A stretch of 64,000 bases of DNA from Callorhinchus milii (lineage: Eukaryota). The position numbers and the translations under genes were made by a program. The stretch is from contig NW_024704742.1 in the NCBI RefSeq assembly GCF_018977255.1, forward strand, positions 19,346,001 to 19,410,000. Reading direction: 5' to 3'. The notes below the pieces were generated by a model. The model made no database searches. It saw only the letters and a list, made by a program, of their open reading frames with translations, and was not told the origin of the DNA. Positions 63,757 through 64,000 of this stretch are shown here, piece after piece (position 1 is the first letter of the stretch; each line of letters opens with the position of its first letter).

Positions 63757-64000
63757 TAAACACAAAATACCGCAGATGCTGGAAAACTGAAAACAAAAAC
63801 AGAAGTCGCTGGGAACACTCAGCAGGTCAGGCAGCATCTATGGAGAAAGAAAAGTGAGTCAACGTTTCGGGTCCATGACCCTTCATCAGAACTGGGGCAT
63901 ATTGGGAAGGAGAGGCTTTTAAGGGCTAACAGAGAGGGAGGAGGCAGGGCAAGGAAGACAAAGGAGAAAATGGGGTAGAGGATGGGATAACGGGTTAAAG
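63757..64000 (-). mobile_element. Penelope-like element terminal repeat, truncated by the window end
   Basis: cagatgctggaaaactgaaaacaaaaacagaagtcgctgggaacactcagcaggtcaggcagcatctatggaga...aacgtttcgggtccatgacccttcatcagaactgg, a layout typical of chondrichthyan Penelope-type repeats; carries a hammerhead core. Confidence 0.7.
63856..63895 (-). ncRNA. Minimal type I hammerhead ribozyme motif
   Basis: Minus strand reads CCAGUU-CUGAUGA-AGGGUC-AUG-GACCC-GAAAC-GUU-GACUC. Confidence 0.7.

Noticed and set aside
37600..64000. Exons of the usual GASK1B neighbours (TMEM144, GRIA2)
   Set aside because: No recognisable peptide found by eye in the ORF track or at candidate splice sites; short exons could have been missed.

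Overview
Vertebrate genomic DNA, most likely a cartilaginous fish (inferred only from its L2/CR1/SINE/Penelope repeat content). The one protein-coding gene I can support is GASK1B (FAM198B) on the minus strand. It has four coding exons at 17454/17334-16431, 13164-12950, 10054-9828 and 6842-6635, with canonical GT-AG junctions and compatible phases (557 or 517 aa). Upstream on the same strand is a cluster of four identical tRNA-Asp(GTC) genes and one tRNA-Gly(GCC) gene, embedded in mosaic local duplications. The most notable structure is a repeated cassette: an array of 2-5 CRE palindromes, a short putative exon ending in a GTAAGT donor, then the tRNA-Asp and its oligo-T terminator. Three of the four copies continue to a strong 3' splice site that defines a 366-nt intron. 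This suggests Pol II host transcripts carrying intronic tRNAs, or alternative first exons of GASK1B. The rest is AT-rich DNA with many L2 and CR1 fragments, tRNA-derived SINEs sharing the L2 3' tail, DeuSINE-like relics and a 27-bp minisatellite. A Penelope-type element with a minimal hammerhead ribozyme lies at the right edge. All calls were made by eye from recalled family sequences; no searches were run.
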